Of a DNA stretch of 64,000 nucleotides, positions 29,715-40,179 are shown piece after piece. Under the pieces are notes generated by a model. It had not been told where the DNA came from. It did no database searches and was given only the letters and a program-made list of their open reading frames with translations. The translations under genes and the position numbers were made by a program. Source of the DNA: an uncultured Aliarcobacter sp. (GTDB taxonomy: Bacteria > Campylobacterota > Campylobacteria > Campylobacterales > Arcobacteraceae); the NCBI GenBank assembly GCA_963677435.1, contig OY781945.1:1408001-1472000 (forward strand). Reading direction: 5' to 3'. Numbering within the stretch: position 1 is the stretch's first letter; every line of letters begins with the position of its first letter.

Positions 29715-30905
29715 TTGAATGATATGTTGAATTTAATAGGGCGAACGAAAGAACTTTTTACTAATGATATAAAAGATAATGAAGATGAATTAAAATTAAT
29801 AATATCTTCTTCATCTTTCCTTGTTTTAGGAGGAGCAGGTTCAATCGGACAAGCTGTTACAAAAGAGATTTTTAAGAGAAGTCCAAAAAAACTTGATGTT
29901 ATAGATATAAGCGAAAATAATATGGTTGAGTTAGTTAGGGATATTAGAAGTAGTTTTGGATATATAGATGGAAAGTTCGCAACTTATATAATAGATGTTG
30001 GTTCTTTAGAGTTTGATATATTTATGGAACAAAATAATTCATATGATTATATACTAAATCTTTCTGCTCTTAAACACGTAAGAAGTGAAAGAGACCCTTT
30101 TACTTTAATGCGAATGGTTGATACAAATATTTTTAATACAGATAAAACACTTTGTCAAGCTATTGAAAAGAAATGTAAGAAATATTTTTGTATAAGTACA
30201 GATAAAGCAGCAAATCCAGTTAATATGATGGGTGCAAGTAAACGTATAATGGAAATGTTTGTAATGAGAAGATCAAAAGAAATCTCTATATCAATGGCAA
30301 GATTTGCAAATGTTGCTTTTAGTGATGGGTCATTGTTAGATGGATTTAATAAGAGGATTCAAAAACAACAGCCCATAGTAGCACCAAATGATATAGAAAG
30401 GTATTTTGTTACACCTCAAGAAAGTGCAGAATTATGTCTTATGAGTTGCATCTTTGGGAATAATAGAGATATTTTTTTCCCAAAATTTGATAAAAATTTA
30501 CATCTTATGAAATTTTCAGATATTGCAGTAAAATATTTAAATAAATTGGGTTATGAACCTTATTTATGTAAGGATGAAGAAGAAGCTAGAAATTTATCTA
30601 AAATTCTACCATCTGAGAAAAAATGGCCTTGTTTATTTACTCAAAGTGATACTACTGGGGAAAAACACTTTGAAGAATTTTATACAAATAAAGAGAGTTT
30701 AGATGTTAATAGATTTGAAAGTATGGGAATAATAAAAAATGAGGCAATTTATGATGATGAAAAATTAAATAATTTTACAGAATCAATAAATAACTTAAAG
30801 AACTCTAGAATATGGGATAAAAAAGATATTCTTAATGAATTTCTTAAATTAATTCCAGATTTTGAACATATAGAAAAGGGAAAATTTCTTGATGAAAAAA
30901 TGTAA
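29715..30905 (+). CDS. UDP-GlcNAc 4,6-dehydratase-like protein (soluble polysaccharide-biosynthesis family)
   Basis: GGAGSIG, ALKHV, STDKA.NP.N.MGASKR and RFANVAFSDGS motifs. Confidence 0.85.
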   Translation: MNDMLNLIGRTKELFTNDIKDNEDELKLIISSSSFLVLGGAGSIGQAVTKEIFKRSPKKLDVIDISENNMVELVRDIRSSFGYIDGKFATYIIDVGSLEFDIFMEQNNSYDYILNLSALKHVRSERDPFTLMRMVDTNIFNTDKTLCQAIEKKCKKYFCISTDKAANPVNMMGASKRIMEMFVMRRSKEISISMARFANVAFSDGSLLDGFNKRIQKQQPIVAPNDIERYFVTPQESAELCLMSCIFGNNRDIFFPKFDKNLHLMKFSDIAVKYLNKLGYEPYLCKDEEEARNLSKILPSEKKWPCLFTQSDTTGEKHFEEFYTNKESLDVNRFESMGIIKNEAIYDDEKLNNFTESINNLKNSRIWDKKDILNEFLKLIPDFEHIEKGKFLDEKM

Positions 30906-31668
30906 CTTAAAAATAGTTGCTATTATTCAAGCAAGGTGTGGTTCTACAAGACTAGAAGGTAAAGTTATGAAAAAACTTTACTCATTAAGTTTGTTGGAGC
31001 ATATTATAGAAAGAGTTCAAAATGTTGATTTGATTGATGAGATAATTGTTGCAACAACAATAAATGCAGAAGATGATAAAATTGAAAAGCTTTTTAGAAA
31101 TTCAAAAGTGAAAGTTTTTAGAGGAAGTAAGGATAATGTGCTAGAAAGGTTTTATCTTAGTGCGAATAAATATGAAGCTGATGTAATTGTTAGAATAACA
31201 TCAGATGATCCATTTAAGGATCCTGAGGTAATAAAAAAAGCTTTAGAGTTATTACTAGATAATAATACTCTTGATTATGTAAGTAATACGATAGAACCAA
31301 CTTATCCTGAAGGTATTGATATAGAAGTTTTTACTATGAATGCTTTACATAAAGCTTATACACAAGCACAACTTTTATCTGAGAAAGAACATGTAACTCC
31401 ATATATTTGGAAAAATACTGATAAATTTAATGTTTTAAATTTTAAATATAAAACTAATATTTCAGAAATGAGATGGACGATAGATTATGAAGAAGATTTT
31501 GTTTTTGCAAAAAAAGTATATGAAGAATTGTATCCATTAAAAAAGATTTTTTTAATGGATGATATTTTAAGCCTTATAAAAAATAAAAATATTAAAAATA
31601 CTTCAATGATTGAAAGAAATGAAGGCTACAAAAAATCTTTAAAAGAAGAGGGAAAATGGAAAGAATAG
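30889..31668 (+). CDS. SpsF-like cytidylyltransferase (CMP-nonulosonate synthetase family)
   Basis: IIQARCGSTRLEGKV, VFRGS..NVLERF, RITSDDP and EHVTPYI motifs. Confidence 0.85.
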   Translation: MMKKCNLKIVAIIQARCGSTRLEGKVMKKLYSLSLLEHIIERVQNVDLIDEIIVATTINAEDDKIEKLFRNSKVKVFRGSKDNVLERFYLSANKYEADVIVRITSDDPFKDPEVIKKALELLLDNNTLDYVSNTIEPTYPEGIDIEVFTMNALHKAYTQAQLLSEKEHVTPYIWKNTDKFNVLNFKYKTNISEMRWTIDYEEDFVFAKKVYEELYPLKKIFLMDDILSLIKNKNIKNTSMIERNEGYKKSLKEEGKWKE

Positions 31669-32837
31669 GTGAATTAGAAAGAAAATATGTATTAGAAGTT
31701 TTAGATACTCAGTTTAGAACATCAAAAGGTGCAGATTTTATGACAAGATTTGAATCTAAATTTGCTGAGGTATTTAATTCAAATTTTGCAATAAGTCATG
31801 TTAATGGAACTGCTACAATGCATTCTGCATTAGAAGCAATGAATATAGGTAATGGAGATGAAGTAATAGTTCCTCCTTTAACAATGTCGAGTACAAGCCT
31901 TGCTGTTCTTCATGCAAATGCTACTCCTGTATTTGCAGATGTAGATTTAGATACATTTTTAATTGATCCAGATAGTATTGAAAAAAATATAACATCAAAA
32001 ACAAAAGCAATAATTGTTGTCTCTTTATATGGAAATTCTCCTGATATGACAAAAATAGTTGAGATTGCAAAGAAATATAATTTATATGTAATTGAAGATA
32101 ACGCTCAATCTTTTTTATCATTTCATAAAAATAAATTAATAGGAACTTTTGGAGATTGTTCAAGTTTTAGTTTTCAAAGTTCTAAGCATTTAGCAGCTGG
32201 CGAAGGTGGAATAATAACGACAGATGATGAAAAACTTGCTATTGGAATAAGAAAAGTTTCAGGACTTGGGTATTCAACTATTGGTTCAAAAAAAGCTAAA
32301 ATTACAAAAGAGGAGATTCAACATCCTTCTTTTTTAAGACATGACTTTTTAGGATGGAATTATAGATTGAGTGAGTTAAACTGTGCAGTAGCTCTTGCTC
32401 AAACAGAAAGAATAGTAGAATTAGTAAATATACGAAAAAGAAATGCAAAAATATATCTTGAAGCTATTAATAATTGTACTTGGTTAAGACCTCAAAAAGT
32501 TATGGAAGGTGATGAGTCATCATATTGGGCATTCACTATGAAATTAGATATTGAAAAAGTTTCTTGGGAAGATTTTAGAAAAAAATACTTAGATTTTGGT
32601 GGTAGTAAATATTATGGAGCTTGGCAATTAACATATTTAGAGCCACTATTTCAAGAGAAACTTTTTGGTAGAAGGAAAGAATTTATTCAAAGAGAATATA
32701 ACAAAGGTATTTGTCCAAATGCAGAGTATTTGCAACCACGATTGATACAATTAAAAACAAACTTTATAGATGAAAAAGATACTATTAATGAAGCAGAAAT
32801 TTTAACTAAAACAATAAAGTATTTTGAGGGAAGATAA
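31656..32837 (+). CDS. DegT/DnrJ PLP-dependent sugar aminotransferase
   Basis: NGTATMH, GDEVIVP, IEDNAQ and FSFQSSKH..GEGG motifs. Confidence 0.92.
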   Translation: MERIGELERKYVLEVLDTQFRTSKGADFMTRFESKFAEVFNSNFAISHVNGTATMHSALEAMNIGNGDEVIVPPLTMSSTSLAVLHANATPVFADVDLDTFLIDPDSIEKNITSKTKAIIVVSLYGNSPDMTKIVEIAKKYNLYVIEDNAQSFLSFHKNKLIGTFGDCSSFSFQSSKHLAAGEGGIITTDDEKLAIGIRKVSGLGYSTIGSKKAKITKEEIQHPSFLRHDFLGWNYRLSELNCAVALAQTERIVELVNIRKRNAKIYLEAINNCTWLRPQKVMEGDESSYWAFTMKLDIEKVSWEDFRKKYLDFGGSKYYGAWQLTYLEPLFQEKLFGRRKEFIQREYNKGICPNAEYLQPRLIQLKTNFIDEKDTINEAEILTKTIKYFEGR

Positions 32838-32838
32838 G

Positions 32839-33894
32839 ATGCAGAATATATTAATAAACAACAAAACTATAGGTATTGGTTCTCCTACTTTAATAATTGC
32901 AGAAGTTGGTGTTAATCATAATGGAAGTGTGGATAGAGGAATTGAACTTATTGAAGCAGCTGCAAAAGCTGGTGCAGATGTTATAAAATTTCAAACTTAT
33001 AAAGCTAATCAAATTGTAACAAAAAGTGCTCCTAGATATTGGGATGATAAGCTTAATGATGATAATGGTGGAACTCAATATGATACTTTTTCTAAATTAG
33101 ATGGTATGGGAATTGATGGATATAAAGCATTTAAAAAGAGATGTCAAGAGTTAAATGTAATATTTACTTCCACTCCATTTAATTTACCAGATGTTGATTT
33201 ATTAGAAGAAATAGGAGTTGATCTTTATAAAATATCATCATCAGATATTACTTATATTCAACTTATAAAATATGTTGCATCAAAAGGAAAGCCAATTATA
33301 TTATCAACAGGATGTGCTTCAATTGGTGAGATTGAAAAAGCAGTTGGCATAATCCAAAAAGAGGGAAATAATAAAATTATGTTACAACATTGTATTTTGC
33401 AATACCCTTGTGATGATGAAAATGCAAATTTAGTGAAAATGCAAAAAATACAAGAAATTTTCCCTAATATCCCCGTAGGATATTCTGATCATACTATCGG
33501 AATTACAATACCTGCAATGTCAGTTGCAATGGGAGCTTTTAGTGTAGAAAAACATTTTACTATTGATAATAAATTACCAGATAGTCCAGATCATAAACTT
33601 TCAGCAAATCCATCTCAATTGGAAGATATGGTTAATATGATAAGAACAATTGAAAAAGCAAAGGGTTACTTTCACAACGGATATTATCCAGCAGAAGAAG
33701 CATCATTTCTTAATGCAAGAAAATCTTTAGTATCTAATTGTAATATAAAAAAAGGAACGGTTATTTCAGAAAATATGTTAACAGCAAAAAGACCTGGTAT
33801 TGGTATTTATCCCGAGTATTTAGATTTTGTTATTGGGAGTACAGCAAAAGTTGATATAAATGAGGATACTACAATTTTAAAAGAAATGATTTAA
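32839..33894 (+). CDS. neuB: NeuB-family nonulosonate synthase with C-terminal SAF domain
   Basis: IIAEVGVNHNG, IKFQT, STPF, GYSDHT, EKHFT and KRPGIGI motifs; exact product unknown. Confidence 0.9.
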   Translation: MQNILINNKTIGIGSPTLIIAEVGVNHNGSVDRGIELIEAAAKAGADVIKFQTYKANQIVTKSAPRYWDDKLNDDNGGTQYDTFSKLDGMGIDGYKAFKKRCQELNVIFTSTPFNLPDVDLLEEIGVDLYKISSSDITYIQLIKYVASKGKPIILSTGCASIGEIEKAVGIIQKEGNNKIMLQHCILQYPCDDENANLVKMQKIQEIFPNIPVGYSDHTIGITIPAMSVAMGAFSVEKHFTIDNKLPDSPDHKLSANPSQLEDMVNMIRTIEKAKGYFHNGYYPAEEASFLNARKSLVSNCNIKKGTVISENMLTAKRPGIGIYPEYLDFVIGSTAKVDINEDTTILKEMI

Positions 33895-34820
33895 TGAATA
33901 TCTTAGTTAAATTGGAAGTTTCAAAACAAATAGGTACAGGACATTTTAGACGAATGTTTAATTTGGCACTTTTTTTAAAAGAGTTTAACTTTATTTTTTT
34001 AATTTCTACAGATGATAAAAAAAATAAACTATTTCAAAATATAAATGTTATATTTATAGAGGATGAAACTCATTTTAGAAGTACTTTATTGAAACTAGAA
34101 TTCAATTTATTAATTTTTGATTTATTACATTATGAAAAAGATTATATTAAGTCTATAAAATCATTAAGGGCAATGCCAATTGTATGTTTTCATGAGTATA
34201 ACGATTATTCAGATTATGCTGATTTAATAATAAATTACAATGTATTAGATAAAACTATTACTGATAAATTATTTGGGTATGAATATATTATTTTTTCTGA
34301 TAATATTGAAAAATACAAATCAATTAAGAAAGAAAATTATATCTTTGTAAGTTTTGGAGGTTCTGATCCATCTGGACTAACTCAGAAATTTGTTTCTTTG
34401 ATTGCTTCAAAAATGTCTCATTTAAAATTTAAGATACATATTGGAGATTTTAATGATTTACTTTGTCTCAAAGCTTTTAATAATATTGAATATATTATTA
34501 AACCAGAAAATCTATTTGAGTATATGTCAAAAGCAAATTTAGCAATAAGTGCAGCTGGAAATATGATGTATGAATTGATATATATGTCAGTACCATCAAT
34601 AATAATTGCACATAATGAACATCAAATGTCATTTGCCAAAAATGCTAAATTATTAGGTTATGTTGAGTTCTTGGGCTTATTTAAAGATTTAAATTTTGAT
34701 TTATTAAAGCAAAAAATTGACAGTTTTTATAATTTAAAAGAAATAAAATTTAAAGATACTATAGATAATAATGGGAAAAAAAGAATTTGTAAAGTTCTTA
34801 TGGATCTAATCAATAAATGA
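33894..34820 (+). CDS. PseG/SpsG-like nucleotide-sugar hydrolase (GT-B fold)
   Basis: IGTGHFRR, FGGSDP and ISAAG..MYEL motifs. Confidence 0.8.
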   Translation: MNILVKLEVSKQIGTGHFRRMFNLALFLKEFNFIFLISTDDKKNKLFQNINVIFIEDETHFRSTLLKLEFNLLIFDLLHYEKDYIKSIKSLRAMPIVCFHEYNDYSDYADLIINYNVLDKTITDKLFGYEYIIFSDNIEKYKSIKKENYIFVSFGGSDPSGLTQKFVSLIASKMSHLKFKIHIGDFNDLLCLKAFNNIEYIIKPENLFEYMSKANLAISAAGNMMYELIYMSVPSIIIAHNEHQMSFAKNAKLLGYVEFLGLFKDLNFDLLKQKIDSFYNLKEIKFKDTIDNNGKKRICKVLMDLINK

Positions 34821-35668
34821 AAAAAATATTAATAACAGGTTCTTCTGGTTTTATAGGTAAAAATTTTATTGACAAGTACAAAAATAAATATGAAATTATA
34901 TCAATAACTAGAGACTCAAACTATAATATTTTAGATATTGATACATTTTTAGATATATCTGATATTGATGTAGTTCTTCACTTTGCTGCTAAAACTTATG
35001 TCCCAGAATCTTTTGAAGATCCATACTCTTTTTATAAATTTAATATTAATTCTACTTTAAATATTTGTGAATTCTGTAGAATTAAAAAAGTAAAGAAATT
35101 GATCTTTTTAAATAGTTATCCTTATGGAAAACCAAAGTATTTGCCAATCGATGAAGAGCATCCTATATCATTGCACTCACCTTATAATAAGAGTAAATAT
35201 TTATCAGAAGAGCTTATCTTTAATTATCTAAATAATTCTTTGGATGTTATTTCTTTGAGAATTTTTAATATTTATGGTAAAAATCAAAACAATAAGTTTC
35301 TAATTCCTTTTATTTTTGAACAAATAAAAGATGGGATAATAAAAGTTAATGATTTAGAACCTAAACGAGATTATTTATATATTGAAGATCTATTAAGTTT
35401 AATGGATAATATTATTAATCAACAAATAAAAGGTATTTTTAATGTGGGTAGTGGAGAAAGTTATAATGTATTAGAAGTAATTAATTGTATATCTGATGTT
35501 TTGGGAAAAGAATTTAAAATTATTTCAAATAATAATAGAAGAGAAAATGAAATAATGGATTGTGTTGCAAATATAGAAAAAGTTAAAAGAATATTAAATT
35601 GGAGCCCTCTATTCTCTTTAAAAAAAGGTTTAATTGATTATATAAAAAAGGAAAAAATTGATGTTTGA
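34817..35668 (+). CDS. NAD-dependent epimerase/dehydratase
   Basis: TGSSGFIG, HFAA, YNKSK and RDYLYIED motifs. Confidence 0.9.
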   Translation: MKKILITGSSGFIGKNFIDKYKNKYEIISITRDSNYNILDIDTFLDISDIDVVLHFAAKTYVPESFEDPYSFYKFNINSTLNICEFCRIKKVKKLIFLNSYPYGKPKYLPIDEEHPISLHSPYNKSKYLSEELIFNYLNNSLDVISLRIFNIYGKNQNNKFLIPFIFEQIKDGIIKVNDLEPKRDYLYIEDLLSLMDNIINQQIKGIFNVGSGESYNVLEVINCISDVLGKEFKIISNNNRRENEIMDCVANIEKVKRILNWSPLFSLKKGLIDYIKKEKIDV

Positions 35669-36398
35669 TTACACAAATAAAGTTGGAATTATAACTGGTG
35701 GGGTAGGCCGTTTAGGAAAAACATTCGCACAAGCATTATCAAAAAAAGGAAATAAAGTATATCTTTTTGATATAGCAGATTCATGTGATTTTCAAAATGA
35801 AAATATTATTTATAGAAAAATTGATATATCAAATGAAACAGAAGTTTTTAAAGAGATAGATATAATTAGTAAAGAAAATAAAATCGATTTTTTAGTTAAT
35901 AATGCTGCTTTACAAATAACAAATAGTTTTGAAAAAATGAAAATAGAAGATTTTAGAAAAAGTATTGATATAAATTTAACTGCAGCATATATTTGTATTA
36001 AGGCTGTTTCTAAATATATGATTGAAAATAAAGAGGGTAATATAGTTAATATAGGTTCTATGTATGGTATTGTATCAGCAGATCCAAATATATATGGCAA
36101 TAGTGGATTAAATAGCCCTGATGCATATGCTGCAAGTAAAGCTGGATTGATACATTTAACAAAATATTTAGCTGTTAATCTTACAAAGTATAATATTCGA
36201 GTAAACTCAATTTCTCCAGCTGGAGTTTTTAACAATCAACCAAGTGATTTTATGGAAAAGTATTTACCAAAAGTGCCAATGGGTAGAATGATGGATAAAG
36301 AAGAATTAATTGGACCTTTGCTATTTTTACTCTCTTCTGCTTCATCTTATGTAACTGGACATAATTTAGTTGTTGATGGAGGACTAACAATAATATGA
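35658..36398 (+). CDS. SDR oxidoreductase (PtmA-like)
   Basis: TGGVGRLG, NNAA, SMYG, YAASK, RVNSISP and YVTGHNLVVDGG motifs. Confidence 0.85.
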   Translation: MMFDYTNKVGIITGGVGRLGKTFAQALSKKGNKVYLFDIADSCDFQNENIIYRKIDISNETEVFKEIDIISKENKIDFLVNNAALQITNSFEKMKIEDFRKSIDINLTAAYICIKAVSKYMIENKEGNIVNIGSMYGIVSADPNIYGNSGLNSPDAYAASKAGLIHLTKYLAVNLTKYNIRVNSISPAGVFNNQPSDFMEKYLPKVPMGRMMDKEELIGPLLFLLSSASSYVTGHNLVVDGGLTII

Positions 36399-37411
36399 TA
36401 TATAATATTTCCAATAATAATATTTCAATTAAAAAAGTTTTAGAGTTATTAGAATTTCATAAAATTATATTTTTTATAGATAATGATGAAATTTTAATTG
36501 GTGCAATAACAAATGGTGATGTAAGAAGATCTATTGAAAAAAACATTGATATACATAGTTTGGTTGATAAGATCATAAATAAAGATATAATTTATGCATA
36601 TACTGATGAATCATTAGAAGAAAAAATTAAAAAAATTGATTTACTTCCCTTTGATTATCAGTTTTTACCAATAATTAATAAAAATAGAAAATTAGAAAAA
36701 ATTGTTATAAAAAAAGATTTACTTAGAAAAGTTAATAGAATTATTTTAATGGCAGGAGGATTAGGTAGTAGATTAGGAGAGATAACTAAAAATGTACCAA
36801 AACCTATGTTACATATTGGGAATAAACCAATTTTACAAATTATTATAGAGGGTTTTCAAAAATATCAATTTAATGATTTTCTTATATCTGTAAACTACAA
36901 GTCTGAAATGATAAAAAATTATTTTAGAAATGGAGAAAACTTTGATGCTAATATTAAATATATTAATGAGTCTAAGCGTTTAGGTACAGCTGGCTGTTTA
37001 AGCCTAATTGATGATGACTTAAAAGAACCTTTTTTTGTTATGAATGGAGATATTTTAACAGATGAAAATTTTGAACAAATTTTAGATTATCATATAAAAA
37101 ATAAATTTGAAGCAACTATGTGTGTATATAAATATGAAATGAAAATTCCTTATGGTGTAATATTGTCTGATAAAAATAATAAGATATTATCAATAAAAGA
37201 AAAACCAATTCAAAAATTTAACATAAATGCTGGAATATATGTTTTAAATCACTCTGTTTTAGAATATATTCCTAAAAATAGCTTCTTCGATATGCCAACA
37301 TTATTTAAAAAACTTAATGAATTAAATTTTAATACAGGCATATATAATATAAAGACATCATGGCTAGATATAGGTGAACCAAATGACTATTATTTGGCTA
37401 AAAATAAATGA
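36395..37411 (+). CDS. CBS-domain nucleotidyltransferase (PtmE-like)
   Basis: N-terminal ITNGDVRR CBS region; MAGGLGSRL, PKPML, RLGTAG and WLDIG motifs. Confidence 0.88.
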   Translation: MIYNISNNNISIKKVLELLEFHKIIFFIDNDEILIGAITNGDVRRSIEKNIDIHSLVDKIINKDIIYAYTDESLEEKIKKIDLLPFDYQFLPIINKNRKLEKIVIKKDLLRKVNRIILMAGGLGSRLGEITKNVPKPMLHIGNKPILQIIIEGFQKYQFNDFLISVNYKSEMIKNYFRNGENFDANIKYINESKRLGTAGCLSLIDDDLKEPFFVMNGDILTDENFEQILDYHIKNKFEATMCVYKYEMKIPYGVILSDKNNKILSIKEKPIQKFNINAGIYVLNHSVLEYIPKNSFFDMPTLFKKLNELNFNTGIYNIKTSWLDIGEPNDYYLAKNK

Positions 37412-37451
37412 AAGATTTTCTTTTATTGTTAATAATAAAAATATGATATAA

Positions 37452-38921
37452 ATGAAAAAAGAATTTTTCAAAAATAATATGTTTGTTTTCGCTTCTCACA
37501 TATTGACATATTTAAAAGGCATAATTTTAATGCCAATAATAATTAAGAATTTGGGTATTTCAACATATGGAAGTTTTGTTTTAATTTTAACTACATTGTC
37601 AATAATAGGAGGTATCTCTAGTTTAGGTATTGGAGTGAAATCTTTTCGATTTTTACCATCTTGTAGAGATAGTAATGAAAAAGCAAAGAAATTTTTTCCT
37701 CCTTTTTTCTTTAAATTCTTAATGTTAACATTAATTTCATTTTTCACATTTATATTACAAGATAAAATAAAAAAAGTTTTTTTAGATTCAGGAATAAATT
37801 TTTCGTTCTATATTTTACCTTTTTTTTTAATATCATATTTTATATATGAATATTCTCATAATTATTTGAGATATACATTAAGAATTTTTTATATGAGTAT
37901 TTTAGATTTAGCTTATTCATATTTATATATTTTGATTATTATTATTTACATAAAGAATTATACTTTAGATTTAAATAGTTTATTTATAATTCAATCAATT
38001 GTCGCATTAGTAATTTCAATCCCAATTTTGTACTTGATTTATCAAGAGATAAAATTTAAATTTATCTTTTTCAAACTTTCTGAATTAAGAAATGAAATTA
38101 AAATAGGTTTCCCTGTAGTATTAAATCTAATATTTGATTATATTTTATCAGTATCAGATAAATTTGTGTTAGCATATTTTATCAGTACAAATGCTGTTGG
38201 AATATATACTCCAGCTTATACTTTAGGTTCTTTAATTCTTCTTGTTCCAAAAGCAATGGGTACAATATTACCTCAATTAATATCGAAAAAAATTGATGAA
38301 AAAGATTTTATAAGCGCGAAAGAATTATTTATTAGTTCTATTAAAACATTTATAACTTTAGTAATTCCTTTCATTTTTGGAGTTTATTTAGTAAGTTATG
38401 AGATATTGTTTCTTCTAGCAAATGATGAAGTGGCAAGAATGGGAAAATATATTTCTTTGATAATTGCTTTTGGCAGTTTTTTTTATGGTTTAAATATATT
38501 ATTTTCACAAGTTCTTACTGTTGAATTAAAAACAGCAAGAATCTTTAAAGCAAATTTAATTGCTGGAGTTTTTAATTTGATTTCAAACATTTTATTGTTG
38601 TATTTTATACAGGATATTATTATTGCAGCAATAACTACCTGCGTATCCTTTTTTATTGCAACAATATATCTTTATAAATCTATTGATAAGATATGGTTTG
38701 ATAGAATGCTTATATATTTTACAATAAAAATATTTATAATATCAAGTTTAATGTTTATTTCTAACTATTTTTTATTTGTAATTTTTCAATTTAATTCTAT
38801 ATTATTAAATCTTTTAATGAAAATTTTATTATCAATCATATTGTATATAATTTTATTATTTGTTTTTAAAGTTTATAATATAATAGAGGTAAAACAACTT
38901 TTTACAAGAAGGGTAATATGA
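37452..38921 (+). CDS. wzx: Wzx-type polysaccharide flippase
   Basis: About 12-14 TM helices; LG...YG and SDKFVL...AVGIY motifs; located in the glycan locus. Confidence 0.85.
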   Translation: MKKEFFKNNMFVFASHILTYLKGIILMPIIIKNLGISTYGSFVLILTTLSIIGGISSLGIGVKSFRFLPSCRDSNEKAKKFFPPFFFKFLMLTLISFFTFILQDKIKKVFLDSGINFSFYILPFFLISYFIYEYSHNYLRYTLRIFYMSILDLAYSYLYILIIIIYIKNYTLDLNSLFIIQSIVALVISIPILYLIYQEIKFKFIFFKLSELRNEIKIGFPVVLNLIFDYILSVSDKFVLAYFISTNAVGIYTPAYTLGSLILLVPKAMGTILPQLISKKIDEKDFISAKELFISSIKTFITLVIPFIFGVYLVSYEILFLLANDEVARMGKYISLIIAFGSFFYGLNILFSQVLTVELKTARIFKANLIAGVFNLISNILLLYFIQDIIIAAITTCVSFFIATIYLYKSIDKIWFDRMLIYFTIKIFIISSLMFISNYFLFVIFQFNSILLNLLMKILLSIILYIILLFVFKVYNIIEVKQLFTRRVI

Positions 38922-39748
38922 AGAATATCTTAAATTTAATGTTAGTTGGATCATATGAATTAGCAAAAAAAAGATTAAGAAAAATAAGAGATGAAAGTTC
39001 TTATAAGTTATATCCTAATAATCCAAAACATGATGATATCTACTTAGTTGAGTTTCCTAAATCTGGTGTGACATGGTTATCAACATTAATTGCTAATATC
39101 AATTTACTCGAATCTGATGAAAAAGTACAAGCTACTTTTTACAATTTACATCAATATATTCCTGATATTCATAAATCAAAAGATTTAAATGATAAACCTT
39201 TATGGAATTTTCCTAAATATAGGTTTATAAAAAGTCATGATAATTATAATAAAAATTATAATTTTGTAATATATTTAATTAGAGATCCGTTTAAGGTTAT
39301 GAATAGTTATTATGTTTTTTGTAAACAGTTAGGATGGTATGATAAAACATTTAAAGAATTTGTAGAAGATCCTGTTTTTGGTATTAAATCTTGGGTTCAT
39401 CATACTAATAGTTGGCTAGATAGAAAAGTTTCTGCGCAAAGAATCCATTTTTTAAAATATGAGGATTTAATTGATAATCCTTTTTTAACAATAAATAATT
39501 TGTATGAAAATTTAGGATTATTAGTTGATAATAAAAATATTAATAAAGCTATTTCTTTAAGTAATATAGAGAATATGAAAAAAACTGAAAAGTTCTATAA
39601 TGCAAATAATCCAGCAAGTACAGAGTTTGAATTTGTGGATAAAAGTAAAAGCTTTTTTGAAAAAAACATGAATGAAAATATAAAAAGTTATATTTATGAT
39701 AATGTTAAAAACAGTAAAATATACAATAAATATTATGAAAAATTATAA
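38918..39748 (+). CDS. PAPS-dependent sulfotransferase
   Basis: 5'-PSB loop FPKSGVTWL; KSH; 3'-PB motif IRDP....SYY; LKYEDL. Confidence 0.85.
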   Translation: MKNILNLMLVGSYELAKKRLRKIRDESSYKLYPNNPKHDDIYLVEFPKSGVTWLSTLIANINLLESDEKVQATFYNLHQYIPDIHKSKDLNDKPLWNFPKYRFIKSHDNYNKNYNFVIYLIRDPFKVMNSYYVFCKQLGWYDKTFKEFVEDPVFGIKSWVHHTNSWLDRKVSAQRIHFLKYEDLIDNPFLTINNLYENLGLLVDNKNINKAISLSNIENMKKTEKFYNANNPASTEFEFVDKSKSFFEKNMNENIKSYIYDNVKNSKIYNKYYEKL

Positions 39749-40179
39749 TGATTGAAAATGTAATATGTAATGGTAAATTATTATCATTAATAATTAGATC
39801 TAACTATAGTTCAAAAGGAATAGAATTCTTTACACCAGATGATTTTTCGCAACAATTAGCATATATGAATCGTTCAAAAAATTATGTGATACCTCCTCAT
39901 GTTCATAATGCTGTTCAAAGAAATGTTCACTATACACAAGAAGTACTTATCATAAAAAGTGGAAAAGTTAGAGTCGACTACTATGATGATGATAAAAGTT
40001 ATTTAGAAAGTAGGATATTAAATAAAGGAGATGTGATACTTTTAGCATATGGTGGACATGGGTTTGAAATGTTAGAAGATAGCGAAATTATTGAAGTTAA
40101 ACAAGGACCATACTCTGGAGAAATGGATAAGGTAAGATTTGAACCTGTAAATAAAGATATTTTGGAGATAAAAGAATGA
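39748..40179 (+). CDS. Cupin-fold protein
   Basis: PHVH...QEVL..KSGKV and GDV.....GGHGF cupin motifs. Confidence 0.75.
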   Translation: MIENVICNGKLLSLIIRSNYSSKGIEFFTPDDFSQQLAYMNRSKNYVIPPHVHNAVQRNVHYTQEVLIIKSGKVRVDYYDDDKSYLESRILNKGDVILLAYGGHGFEMLEDSEIIEVKQGPYSGEMDKVRFEPVNKDILEIKE

